A stretch of DNA of 64,000 nt. Source: Candidatus Thorarchaeota archaeon. Lineage in GTDB: Archaea > Asgardarchaeota > Thorarchaeia > Thorarchaeales > Thorarchaeaceae. The stretch's first letter is position 1; each line of letters opens with the position of its first letter. Where the stretch lies: positions 1-64,000 of the forward strand of contig RDOC01000001.1 of NCBI GenBank assembly GCA_011364985.1, in the 5' to 3' direction. This document shows positions 1 through 9,553 of the stretch, piece after piece. Made by a program: the position numbers and the translations under genes. Below the pieces are notes generated by a model. It was given only the letters and a program-made list of their open reading frames with translations, searched no databases and was not told the DNA's origin.

Positions 1-3000
1 CAATTTGGACAAGAACATTGGCCAAATCCGCTGGTGTGTCATTGTGCTGAATCCTGTATTCGAAATCAATCCAAGCTGCATTGACATCAACCGACCACAT
101 GTAATCAGAAGGCACACTGATATCAACAACCATCGGGAGTTTGCTAATAATCGCATCAGTGACGATTGTTGAATTCTCATAGTTCAGTCGGGCCAAATTC
201 ACAAGAATGAAGTATGTGCCAACATTCAAACCTTGCAGCGCTGATGATGGAAGACTATAGGTTCCGTCACCGTTGTCTATTAGGGCACCTATTCTCTTAG
301 TGGTCGTGCCCTCTCGAACAGTATAGGTGAAAATATTCAAATCAGTCACGTTGACTCCGTTTGTGATATCCTCTAGCCAATAGAGATAGGTTCCATGAGT
401 CTTGTAATACTCGCTGATTACGAGGGTCTCAAGTCCATCAGATGTAAGGGCTGGGAGAACTGTGATGTAAACTGTGATTGGAGCAGGAGGCTGGAGCGGC
501 GACTTGCCTATGAAGACAACCTCGTATGATGTTTCAGACCAGTTCATCGTCCAGTAGTCAGTATCGATTGTGACATTGAATAGAATCCCGTTGTACCACT
601 TGATCCAATCCTCTCCAGTTGAATTCCAGCTGCCTTGGCCAACTGGAACTCCTTCATAGTATATCGTAAAGTTGAGCCACGAACTGGAACCAAATGAAAT
701 CGGATTGAAGATATCAGACCCATCACGGTCGTAGAAACCAACTGAGAAAGTTGCATTTCTACCCCATCGTGTGGTTATAAAATACTTCGTCGAGCTGAGC
801 TCAGTGTAGTCTTGACCGTATGATAGGCTTGTGATTGTTATATTGTTGACAAAATGCCAGTCATGGTCACACTTCACCAGTATTTCCGGGTCTATTCCTG
901 CCGCGGCGTCGCCAGATTTCACTGTAATGTTGTACGAAACAGTGTATGGACTCGTCATGTTTGCATGAATGAAGTAGAACGTTATGTGCCCCGTTGCATT
1001 GGTATACCCTTGCGCAACTTGACCGACTCCCTTGAGAGTAACGTTTACCTGAGCGTTCTCAACATAGGTGGTTTGACCTGAGAAGACTCGGATATTAAGT
1101 TGAGATATAGGCAGCTCAACTGTCTGCGCTGTGTAGTCACGAAGGTTGGAAAGAGTGATTGTGTTATTACGTGCCACAGGCGTCACAGAATAGTCATCAT
1201 CCTTCCACACATCAAGATTCCATTCTCCGCTGACAATGCGATAGAAGCTATAATCTCCATTTGAGTCGGTACTCGCAGTTTCTGAGTATATCAGCTCGTT
1301 TACTGAGTTATTGATCTTCACTGTCGCTCCGTCAACTGGCAGATCATCCCATGTGATCACATGGATATCCAAAGTAATGAGTGGAAGAACCCAATCATCA
1401 TGGACAAAGTCACCCAGAATGAACTCGGAAGCTGCAATGGACCAGCTATCAAAGTCATCGAAGTTGCTATAGGTATACGTCCAGCCGCTTGAGCCTGCAT
1501 ATTGAGCATATACATTGTAGTCATCTTGAGGCACCCGATAGAAATGCACCCAACCGCTAGCATCTGTCTTCTCTTGTGCCACATAGCTAGTGTAAACGCC
1601 AGTTTCGGTATTCAATCGCAGGTAAGTGTCCTCATTGTCATTATCGGACATGTCATCTCCCATCAAATCCTCAAGATGGATGTCAATACTAGCCAATGGA
1701 AGGGTTATGTCTATGCTTGTCACTGAACTTGTTGGTGTCTGAATAACATCATCTGTGACCCAAAGATTTGCATATGATGTGCTTAGCCATGTGGCCGCAT
1801 CAATCTCTACATAGAGAAGGTAAGTTTGATTATCCAAACCCTCAAAGACAATCTGTCCATTGCCATCTGTTGTTCCAGACCGGCCAAGACCATTGTCATC
1901 TACCCAGGGAGTGCCGTTAGTCCACTGCAGTTCAATCGCAACACCTGCAAGGGGGTCATTATTCAAATCAGCAACTGCGATATCAAATTCAAAGAGCTTC
2001 ACTTCATCGCCCAGATCAATTATGAGCCCAGCTTGGTCTCCACCCGATTGATAAGTGGGAACCATCCAACCATATCCCTGATCTCCGCTCGGAGCCTGAG
2101 ACGATGTAGAGAATCGGGCTGCTTGTATGATGCATACGGATGCATTCGAATGGACATCATACAACGACCTTGAACTTGAAATGGGCATGAACACATCCAC
2201 GCCACCAGCAGATATCACAAGTTGCTCATCATTGTATCCAGTAATGTCAACTAAGACATCTTCGAGGGCAATAATGATGAATTTCATTTCACGACCACCC
2301 CAGATGCGGTAGTCTGTGCCAAATCGATCACCTGACATAGTCGGAGCCCAATCCCCGTAATCCACAATACTCGTAGGATTGTAAATGCCCTCGATCATGA
2401 GTCTGGCCTCAGATGGGCCCTTGATGTGAAGAATATCTTCCTGATCGCTTGAGCTCGCCGTACCCTGTGAGATCAGGGCAGAGCTATTCACAGGAATAGT
2501 GAGATCGGTACCCTTTACCCAGCCTGATCCCGAGTCTCTCCACCATTCTACCACAACGGCTGAGTCACCGATATTCGTGATGCATGTTCTATCATTACTA
2601 TTTCCCATATCGATTGTGTAGAACTCCTCACCAACAAGACTTCCGGTAATTGACGGATAGTATCCTCCAATATCACGCGAATAACTAGCGTCTGAATCGC
2701 CAGCTCGAATTGAAACTGGCTTGGTTGAATTAGCCATGTAATAGGTTGTGTAGACAACGTCTCGCTTGGAAATATACTCTCCCGCCTTCAGAATTGCTGG
2801 CCAAGAAGATACACTACTTCCATTTGAGAAGGTCCAACCAGTTGGATCCGTTGGGGACAGATCAGTGTTCCAGACGAAGACTTCTGTGTTGTCCTGGTGT
2901 GCTTGGATCCAGTATTTACCCTCATTTCTGCTCTCAAAGCCCTCTACACCGCCGAGTATGAAGGTCGTGCTAAGCCCTTCTCCAAGCTCATCAACTCCTG

Positions 3001-3811
3001 GATACCAGTCATTGAGAGCATTATTTGAGTTCTTGTCGCCAATTCCCATTGTCACGGCCAGCGGATAATTCGCGTAGATTGCATAGGTTCCCCAGAAGTA
3101 ACCAGGCGTGTTTGAATAGGTGGTGGGTTCGTATCGCGCATTCTCATACCTATCAAGAACGCCATTGGGCACCGCATTGGGAGTAACTTCACCCGCAGAC
3201 CATCTATTATCGTTAATCCGTGGATCATCCCAAGAATCAGACTCCCATTTTTCGATGTAGTAGTTGTTATCATCGTAGTATGACACGAGATTGATTAGGG
3301 AGTAGGTGTAACTTCGATATACAAAGGGATAGAAATCTGAGTTATTCACAGCACCCACAGAAGTCTTTGCGTAATAGATATAGTATCCACCATTTGTGGT
3401 GCCTTGGGTCACATTCACCATGAAGGAAACTCTAGTCGACTCGATGAAGTCCCCACTCGGATAGTATTTCGTGTCCCAAGTCTGGAACGGCAATTCCATC
3501 CAGTCCATACCGTTGTAGTAATTGACTCGGATAGAGTCCCAGTAACAATGACCATCTTCGAAGTCAAGAGGCAGATGGACTGGGACTAGCGTGCGACCAG
3601 TCACACCAGGTTCTGTAAAATTGTAGTAGCGTCGATAGATGTATGTTGAGTTCCACCAGGGGGCTTCATCCTGATCATCTGCTATCTGGCTTGAGTTGTC
3701 AGGAGAAATCGGCGAGAAATTGGCAATGTTTGTATTTGAGTCCCCCGTTGTTGGAATCATCAATAACAGACCAAGTGATACCAAGATAACTATCTTCAGC
3801 GTTCGGTCCAT
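1..3811 (-). CDS. Giant secreted/surface protein (>1270 aa, runs off the left edge): DUF2341-like N-terminal region, IgGFc-binding-like region, CnaB/carboxypeptidase-regulatory-like Ig repeats
   Basis: Not in the ORF track. ATG at 3811 directly follows the TAG of the upstream gene. Manual translation begins MDRTLKIVILVSLGLLLMIP (signal peptide) then PWWNSTYIYRRYYNF. Repeats GTTDGNGQIVF / TDASGWVHF / TDSNGDYSF / TNATGHITF and many NxT/S sequons follow. No stop found in my manual translation or spot checks down to position 2. Confidence 0.9.
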   Translation of the reverse strand, partial: MDRTLKIVILVSLGLLLMIPTTGDSNTNIANFSPISPDNSSQIADDQDEAPWWNSTYIYRRYYNFTEPGVTGRTLVPVHLPLDFEDGHCYWDSIRVNYYNGMDWMELPFQTWDTKYYPSGDFIESTRVSFMVNVTQGTTNGGYYIYYAKTSVGAVNNSDFYPFVYRSYTYSLINLVSYYDDNNYYIEKWESDSWDDPRINDNRWSAGEVTPNAVPNGVLDRYENARYEPTTYSNTPGYFWGTYAIYANYPLAVTMGIGDKNSNNALNDWYPGVDELGEGLSTTFILGGVEGFESRNEGKYWIQAHQDNTEVFVWNTDLSPTDPTGWTFSNGSSVSSWPAILKAGEYISKRDVVYTTYYMANSTKPVSIRAGDSDASYSRDIGGYYPSITGSLVGEEFYTIDMGNSNDRTCITNIGDSAVVVEWWRDSGSGWVKGTDLTIPVNSSALISQGTASSSDQEDILHIKGPSEARLMIEGIYNPTSIVDYGDWAPTMSGDRFGTDYRIWGGREMKFIIIALEDVLVDITGYNDEQLVISAGGVDVFMPISSSRSLYDVHSNASVCIIQAARFSTSSQAPSGDQGYGWMVPTYQSGGDQAGLIIDLGDEVKLFEFDIAVADLNNDPLAGVAIELQWTNGTPWVDDNGLGRSGTTDGNGQIVFEGLDNQTYLLYVEIDAATWLSTSYANLWVTDDVIQTPTSSVTSIDITLPLASIDIHLEDLMGDDMSDNDNEDTYLRLNTETGVYTSYVAQEKTDASGWVHFYRVPQDDYNVYAQYAGSSGWTYTYSNFDDFDSWSIAASEFILGDFVHDDWVLPLITLDIHVITWDDLPVDGATVKINNSVNELIYSETASTDSNGDYSFYRIVSGEWNLDVWKDDDYSVTPVARNNTITLSNLRDYTAQTVELPISQLNIRVFSGQTTYVENAQVNVTLKGVGQVAQGYTNATGHITFYFIHANMTSPYTVSYNITVKSGDAAAGIDPEILVKCDHDWHFVNNITITSLSYGQDYTELSSTKYFITTRWGRNATFSVGFYDRDGSDIFNPISFGSSSWLNFTIYYEGVPVGQGSWNSTGEDWIKWYNGILFNVTIDTDYWTMNWSETSYEVVFIGKSPLQPPAPITVYITVLPALTSDGLETLVISEYYKTHGTYLYWLEDITNGVNVTDLNIFTYTVREGTTTKRIGALIDNGDGTYSLPSSALQGLNVGTYFILVNLARLNYENSTIVTDAIISKLPMVVDISVPSDYMWSVDVNAAWIDFEYRIQHNDTPADLANVLVQI

Positions 3812-4981
3812 CTATTCCACCCCCCCCATAGCTGCGCCGGCAGTAGTGCTAGGATGGGATTGTTTCAGAACCTCCAAGTAGTGGGCAGCCTGGCGGCCTA
3901 CAATCTCCTCATCGTTGTAGAGGTCAACGGTCCTTTGAATGAGCCACTCTGGATAGACTGTGATGACCTCAGGATTGCATTTCAACATCGCATGCTCACA
4001 ACCCTCCTCATCATTCGCAAGAATGACAATATTTGCTCGTTCAAGTTCCTTCAATTTGGATTGGATGTCTTTCTTCTTCATTTCCAATACATCCGGAAGA
4101 GTGTCGGAGTCTTTTGGCCCACCTCGCAAAATCTGAATAATATCATATGCTTCGAAATCAAGGATTTGTTTCGCCAAAACTTCTGCATCATCCCATACTG
4201 TCCGGTTGATGTCTCTGCGAAGTTTGGCAATGTAGTCTCTATGATATCGCTTTGACTGGTCGTGAAAGTACTGCCCGACCTCCTTTGGTATCTTGCCAGT
4301 CTTCACAGCACGAGATGTTTCGCGTGATATCTGACGTAGAATGAAGATTGCCCGTGTTAAGTATACAACCTCAGAACCAAGGCCTTCAACCCATCCAGTG
4401 GCAATGATGCCCATCTTGACAAGAGGACGAAGTACCATATCCATATCGATCTTCTTGCCAACCTCTTCAAAGACAACTTGCTCAAGGTCATCTGACTGGA
4501 CCGTTCCATTCTTCATAAGAGTTTGAAGAATTGCCCTTCTCACAGGGTCACTTAAAATCGATGCTTGCCGCTGTTCGACGGTCATCTGTGTATATCGCTC
4601 AATTTGCCTGTAAAGTTTTGGAACAGCTTTTTTGTAAGAATCATCTTCAGCACTTAGGAATATTTGAGTCGCAATCTCAGGAAGAGCGTCTTTGTACACA
4701 TCAGGCTCTTCTTCAGGTGCCAGCACAAGAAACACCATAGACGGAAGTCCCTTCAGATGCATGTTGAGACCGCCATAATACACAGCCAACTTGAATTCTT
4801 CAAACGTAAGTGAATTAAACCCAGGCTTCTGTGACTCTTCCGTTTCTCCAAGAGTGGCAATTCCATAGACACGCATCGATGTTGTAGGATCGAGACCAGT
4901 CTTTAGCTTTGAAGGGGTCTTTGCAGTCACAACTGGGCCCAGCTCATCGTCCCACTTTAAAACAGCCAAACCTTCAGGCAT
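3812..4981 (-). CDS. uDENN/longin-like domain plus two winged-helix-like domains (NPRL2/DENN-like Asgard protein)
   Basis: N-terminal GLAVLKWDDELGPVVTAKTP fits the longin/uDENN beta1-(F/W)D-x-x-x-GP-beta2 pattern. Two wHTH-like segments follow (DPVRRAILQTL...LRPLVKMGII; YDIIQILR...LKELERANIV). ATG at 4981 preferred over TTG at 4987. Confidence 0.7.
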   Translation of the reverse strand: MPEGLAVLKWDDELGPVVTAKTPSKLKTGLDPTTSMRVYGIATLGETEESQKPGFNSLTFEEFKLAVYYGGLNMHLKGLPSMVFLVLAPEEEPDVYKDALPEIATQIFLSAEDDSYKKAVPKLYRQIERYTQMTVEQRQASILSDPVRRAILQTLMKNGTVQSDDLEQVVFEEVGKKIDMDMVLRPLVKMGIIATGWVEGLGSEVVYLTRAIFILRQISRETSRAVKTGKIPKEVGQYFHDQSKRYHRDYIAKLRRDINRTVWDDAEVLAKQILDFEAYDIIQILRGGPKDSDTLPDVLEMKKKDIQSKLKELERANIVILANDEEGCEHAMLKCNPEVITVYPEWLIQRTVDLYNDEEIVGRQAAHYLEVLKQSHPSTTAGAAMGGVE

Positions 4982-5237
4982 TCGCAATTTCTCCGACTTA
5001 TTCTATCAGGATAGTAGATGCAACAGGTTTTGGATCTATTCACTAGAAGAGACATTCCTGCTTGCATTCAACAGGACACCAGCACCAAGTCATAGTCTAA
5101 TTTGTCCGGCCCTGGAATGCATTTCATCGGGCATGAACAGGGCGCTTACGACTTTGTAGGTTCCTAGTGGTTTCATAACGTCTGCTAGGAATTAATAAGA
5201 CAATCTTGGATGAACCAGAATGGTGTCTTCGTAGGGC

Positions 5238-6410
5238 CTAGGGACGTCTTAAAATGGTCACTACTATATTATTCCCAAAGCCACCTATATTATGAGTCAA
5301 CGCAATTTCAGGTTCGTCCACCTGTAAATCCTGGGGAGCATCACCGCGAAGCTGTAGAAAAGCATCTCGAATTTGGGCTACGCCTGTGGCACCAGTGGGA
5401 TGGCCTCTTGCCTTTAATCCTCCTGTTGGGTTCACAGAAACAGGTCCCCCCAATTCTGTTAGTCCATTACGAATTAGATCCATTGCTTTTCCTCTGTCTG
5501 CTATTCCAATGTCCTCCATATTGATGATTTCGAGTATTGAAAATGCATCGTGAAGCTCGCAAACATCTATGGCAGTGGGTCCAATCCCAGCCATATCAAA
5601 TGCAGCCTGAGAAGCCTCCACGGTTGCATTCAAAGAGGTCAGACTAAGTCGATGTTGGACTGCATGATAATCTGTTGCATGACCAATCCCGATAACTTGA
5701 GCAGATGAATCCAAGAGCCCCAGTTCTTGGACAACCTGACGAGACGCAAGGACAACAGCTGCTGAGCCATCACTAGTAGGACTGCAGTCAAATAGAGTTA
5801 GAGGACTCGCTACAACTTTGGAGTTGCTCACTTTTTCTACGGTCGTTTCTTTTTGAAAATGCGCCAATGGATTCTTGGAGCCGTTCCTGTGTGCCTTTAC
5901 AGGAACAAGGGATAACTCATCGCGGGTGAGACCATAGTCATGCATGTATCTTCGGGCGACCAAGGCTGCAAGGGCTGCTGGAGTCCCACCGTATCTGGTT
6001 TCACATTGATATGACATCATTCTGGACAATATCTTTGATGCCGTGCCTCGTTCAACATCACACATCTTCTCCACGCCTACAACCAATGTCACATCTGACA
6101 AACCCGAAGAAATCAATGAAAATCCTACTTCAAATGCACTTGATCCTGAAGAAGGCCCAGTCTCGACACGAGTCCCACCACAGGGAACAATGCCAAGCCT
6201 GTCAGCAAGCATGGTGGACAGGTGTCCAATACCTGAGAATTCGTCAGGGTTTTGCGAGCCGACAATGATTCTATCAAAGCGTAATTCCGCAGTCTGAGAA
6301 TCAACAATAGCGCCTACTGCAGCTTCTTCAGCTAACTTAATCAATGATTCTTTGAGCACTCCAAACTTTGTCATGCCGGAACCGATAACGTAGACGGGCT
6401 CCATGGACAC
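5238..6410 (-). CDS. Thiolase-fold protein (SCP-x/archaeal type) lacking the nucleophilic Cys
   Basis: Motifs GMTKFG, GVEKM, SDGSAAVVL, ELHDAF, VNPTGGLKARGHPTGATG and HNIGG. The active-site loop reads RVETGPSSGSSA instead of RVExACASG. Confidence 0.9.
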   Translation of the reverse strand: MSMEPVYVIGSGMTKFGVLKESLIKLAEEAAVGAIVDSQTAELRFDRIIVGSQNPDEFSGIGHLSTMLADRLGIVPCGGTRVETGPSSGSSAFEVGFSLISSGLSDVTLVVGVEKMCDVERGTASKILSRMMSYQCETRYGGTPAALAALVARRYMHDYGLTRDELSLVPVKAHRNGSKNPLAHFQKETTVEKVSNSKVVASPLTLFDCSPTSDGSAAVVLASRQVVQELGLLDSSAQVIGIGHATDYHAVQHRLSLTSLNATVEASQAAFDMAGIGPTAIDVCELHDAFSILEIINMEDIGIADRGKAMDLIRNGLTELGGPVSVNPTGGLKARGHPTGATGVAQIRDAFLQLRGDAPQDLQVDEPEIALTHNIGGFGNNIVVTILRRP

Positions 6411-6415
6411 ACATC

Positions 6416-6940
6416 CTATTCAATTAGAATTAGCATCGTATCAGGAGTGACATTAGAGCCAGGCTCAATGTTGACTTCCTTGACAGCACCATCGGAAGAT
6501 GCCTTCAGCTCGTTGAACATTTTCATTGCTTCAAGAATGCAGACGGTCTGGCCGCCTTTCACCCTGTCACCAACTGAAACATGGACTTCCGTGATTTTCC
6601 CAGGCATTGGCGGATATACGCCGCCTGAGACCTTTTTGATGTTGTTTGGGCCAGAGCTTGCGGGTTTGGGTGTAGACTCCTTTCTTACACGCGACCATTC
6701 AATCGCGCGAATACTATCATTGACTTCCAGGGAAACCTTGCTTCCTGCACGTTTCCGAATCCGAAGAATATGATCAGTATACGTATCATTGACGCACCAA
6801 GTTCCATCATCGTTCTCCGATACCTTGAGAGTGAAGCTCTCATCTCCAACTTTCACAATAAGAAGCCCGCCTTCATCCAGCTTTTTCACCGTGACTCTGT
6901 ATACACGATCATCATGCTTGATATCATATTCAGAACTCAT
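6416..6940 (-). CDS. Biotin carboxyl carrier protein (1.3S/AccB-like) with an N-terminal beta domain
   Basis: PPMPGKI...LEAMKMFNEL biotinylation motif; start overlaps the upstream stop (TAATG). Confidence 0.95.
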   Translation of the reverse strand: MSSEYDIKHDDRVYRVTVKKLDEGGLLIVKVGDESFTLKVSENDDGTWCVNDTYTDHILRIRKRAGSKVSLEVNDSIRAIEWSRVRKESTPKPASSGPNNIKKVSGGVYPPMPGKITEVHVSVGDRVKGGQTVCILEAMKMFNELKASSDGAVKEVNIEPGSNVTPDTMLILIE

Positions 6941-8526
6941 TATGGAACCTCCTGGCTTCTACTTCGCATTGCGTCCTTTCGTCCTGCGGATGCCCATACG
7001 GAAGACGACTTCTCCCATTGGCCATGCGAAGTGGAAACTGAATGAGATGAATGAACAGAACGGACGCCTGCTTGCCCCCAGCGGTCACCATTCATAACCG
7101 AAGCTCTAATTCCTCCGACCGTCTGACTGCTCATGTGCAGGATTGATGCAATTAGTGCCAGTTCTAGCTCCAGAGTGGTTTCGCCTCGTGCTTCCCTCTG
7201 TGCCTTTCGTTTCAGAAAATCAAGGGCATATTGCGGGAACAGTGCATAGGAAACCAAGTCGCGTGGTATATGAGAAATGCCTTTGAGAGCTTCCTGAGCG
7301 GCAGGAAGCTCAGGTTCAAGGAGAGCTGCAGGTCGATCTTTTATGGGCTCTTCATCTCCGATGGCCTTTTGCTTCACCTCTGGGTCAATCGCAGTAGGAG
7401 GACGACCGTAGTATCCACGGATATACTGCTTGACTTCGTGAGGGATCATCTTGTAGCGTTCGCCAGTGATTACGTTGAGCGTTGCCTGTGTTCCAACAAT
7501 CTGACTTGAAGGAGTGACAAGTGGAGGATATCCAAGATCGGCACGGACCCTTGGTACTTCCTTGAGGACCTCATCATACTTATCGAGAGCACCCTGCTCT
7601 CTTAGTTGATTGTCCAAGTTGGAGAGCATTCCTCCGGGTATCTGGAAGACCAAGACCTGTGGATTGACTCCCTTCAGACTCCCTTCAAATTGGGTATACT
7701 TGCTACGTATCTTCCTGAAGTAATCGGCAATCTCTGACAATAGCTTTAGATCCAATCCGGTGTCACGGGGCGTTCCTTTTAGACCTTCAACAATAGACTC
7801 GACGGCAGGCTGGGACGTTGCCATTGAGAGGGATGATATGGCGCAATCAACTACATCCACTCCGGCATCTGCACCTCGCAAATAGGCCATTGAAGCCATA
7901 CCGCTGGTATAGTGTGAATGTAGCTGTATGGGAATGTCAATCTCGTCCTTCAGTTTAGAAATCAAGTCGAATGCGTTCTGAGGAGAGATTAGTCCAGCCA
8001 TGTCTTTGATGCAGATTGAATCTGCTTCTAATTCATGCAGTTTCTTTGCATCCTCTACGAATTTGTCGTTGCTATGGAAAGGACTCAGTGTATAACAAAA
8101 ACTAGCTTGTACATGTCCGCCAGCCCTTTTGACAAACTTCATTGGAGTTTCTAGATTGCGGATGTCATTGAGGGCATCGAAGATGCGGAAGATATCAATT
8201 CCCACTTTTACAGCCTCATTCACAAAAGCCTCCAAAACATCATCGGGATAGATTCGATAGCCAACAACATTACTGGCTCGGAGGAGCATCTGAAACATAG
8301 TCTTGGGCATTGTATCCCTCAATATCTCAACACGATCCCAAGGGTCTTCATCCAAAAAACGCATCATTGAGTCGAAGGTTGCACCTCCGAACATCTCAAG
8401 AGAATGATAGCCTACTTTATCGATTTTCTCACAAATAGGAAGCATGTGTTCGGTTCGCATTCTGGTAGCGATGAGAGACTGGTGTGCATCTCTGAGAGTG
8501 GTGTCCGTAACTAGAAGTTTTGTCAT
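6940..8526 (-). CDS. Pyruvate/oxaloacetate carboxyltransferase subunit (PycB/OadA/transcarboxylase 5S-like), with no fused biotinyl domain
   Basis: Motifs DTTLRDAHQSLIATRM, GGATFD, FRIFDALND, IKDMAG, HSHYTSG, QIPGGMLSNL and GYPPLVTPSSQIVG. Probable start MTKL at 8526. Confidence 0.92.
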   Translation of the reverse strand: MTKLLVTDTTLRDAHQSLIATRMRTEHMLPICEKIDKVGYHSLEMFGGATFDSMMRFLDEDPWDRVEILRDTMPKTMFQMLLRASNVVGYRIYPDDVLEAFVNEAVKVGIDIFRIFDALNDIRNLETPMKFVKRAGGHVQASFCYTLSPFHSNDKFVEDAKKLHELEADSICIKDMAGLISPQNAFDLISKLKDEIDIPIQLHSHYTSGMASMAYLRGADAGVDVVDCAISSLSMATSQPAVESIVEGLKGTPRDTGLDLKLLSEIADYFRKIRSKYTQFEGSLKGVNPQVLVFQIPGGMLSNLDNQLREQGALDKYDEVLKEVPRVRADLGYPPLVTPSSQIVGTQATLNVITGERYKMIPHEVKQYIRGYYGRPPTAIDPEVKQKAIGDEEPIKDRPAALLEPELPAAQEALKGISHIPRDLVSYALFPQYALDFLKRKAQREARGETTLELELALIASILHMSSQTVGGIRASVMNGDRWGQAGVRSVHSSHSVSTSHGQWEKSSSVWASAGRKDAMRSRSQEVP

Positions 8527-8612
8527 TGCTTGCCATGAAAGCAATGACGAGAGGTCTTTTTAGGGCTTCTGATGATTGCCGGGAATTCAGCCAGGGCTTG
8601 ACGATTCTAAAT

Positions 8613-9059
8613 CTACTGTTTGGAGAACAGCTCTGATACTAGAATAGAGGCTCTCTCCACAAAACGTGTGCATTTCTTCTCAAAAACACCATTGCTTCTT
8701 CCTTTTTCAAGATCATTCGAATTGCTAAGATCAAGACCTATCAATTCTTTGCAAAGAATTGTCCCGAACTCCTCCTTAAAGTGAGCAACAAATTCCTCAG
8801 AATATCTGTAAGTTCGTTCCTTATGTTCTTTCACATCAATGACAAATTGACTCATGAGTGCTCCGATTGCTAGCACTCCACCAGTAACCGCCCCACATGC
8901 ATTTCCCTGATACGCCACGCCGCCTCCCATGCCTGCAGCTAGGTACTGAAATTCCTCCGATGATATTCCTTTATGTTCGAGAACTGCTTTGAGGACTGAT
9001 TGTGCACAACTGCAATCAGCCTTGAAATACTTGATAGCAAGCTTTCCAACTTCTGTCAT
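8613..9059 (-). CDS. C-GCAxxG-C-C family putative redox protein
   Basis: SCAQSVL...GMGGG...ACGAVTGG...ILCKEL...KCTRFV pattern. Probable start MTEVG at 9059. Confidence 0.85.
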   Translation of the reverse strand: MTEVGKLAIKYFKADCSCAQSVLKAVLEHKGISSEEFQYLAAGMGGGVAYQGNACGAVTGGVLAIGALMSQFVIDVKEHKERTYRYSEEFVAHFKEEFGTILCKELIGLDLSNSNDLEKGRSNGVFEKKCTRFVERASILVSELFSKQ

Positions 9060-9142
9060 TTTTTCACACCGAATGTCTGCTTCTGTGAAACAGCAATTTG
9101 AGAGCTGTTGATACTCCGCAGTTTTCGACTGGAAACCCATTT

Positions 9143-9367
9143 TTATTCTTGCGGATAGGTCATCACAAGAAGCGTACCCAGCGCAAAGGGATATCATGCT
9201 GGTTTTGCACTAGTGAACTGCTCAATATGTGGTTCCAATCCCAATTTCTGGTATACATTGGCAGCATATTCAGCTGCTTTTCTCTCCTTTTGAGTTGTTG
9301 ATCCCCTAGATCCTATAACCACGGATAGCTGGTTGACATGTTCCTTTATAGATTCCATCTTTGCCAT
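9143..9367 (-). pseudogene. Truncated M28-family peptidase N-terminus
   Basis: HVNQLSVVIGSRGSTTQKERKAAEY...LGLEPHIEQF is a typical M28 start. In-frame TGA at 9194-9196 (KPA*YPFAL, probably a former Trp), then a second stop 16 codons later; the catalytic domain is absent. Confidence 0.65.
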
Positions 9368-9553
9368 ACTTTGGGGCCTCAAGGATAGTTAACTACCGTA
9401 AATCCACATTAAGAATTCATCTGACCAAGATTATTTCTAATCAAGTATGTGAATAAGTGCTAAGCCATCGAGAAATACAAAGAAGCATTCGTTTCAGCTA
9501 TTCTGATATATCGCAGTTGTATTCGAATGCTCGCTAACGAGGCATAATTGCGG

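Noticed and set aside
544-3881. Numerous 60-115 aa ORFs listed in the first 3.9 kb
   Set aside because: They are shadow ORFs overlapping the single long minus-strand frame starting at 3811.
9194-9196. In-frame TGA as possible selenocysteine
   Set aside because: The context fits Trp (AWYPF), not Cys, and another stop follows 16 codons later. The neighbouring C-GCAxxG-C-C protein uses ordinary Cys codons.
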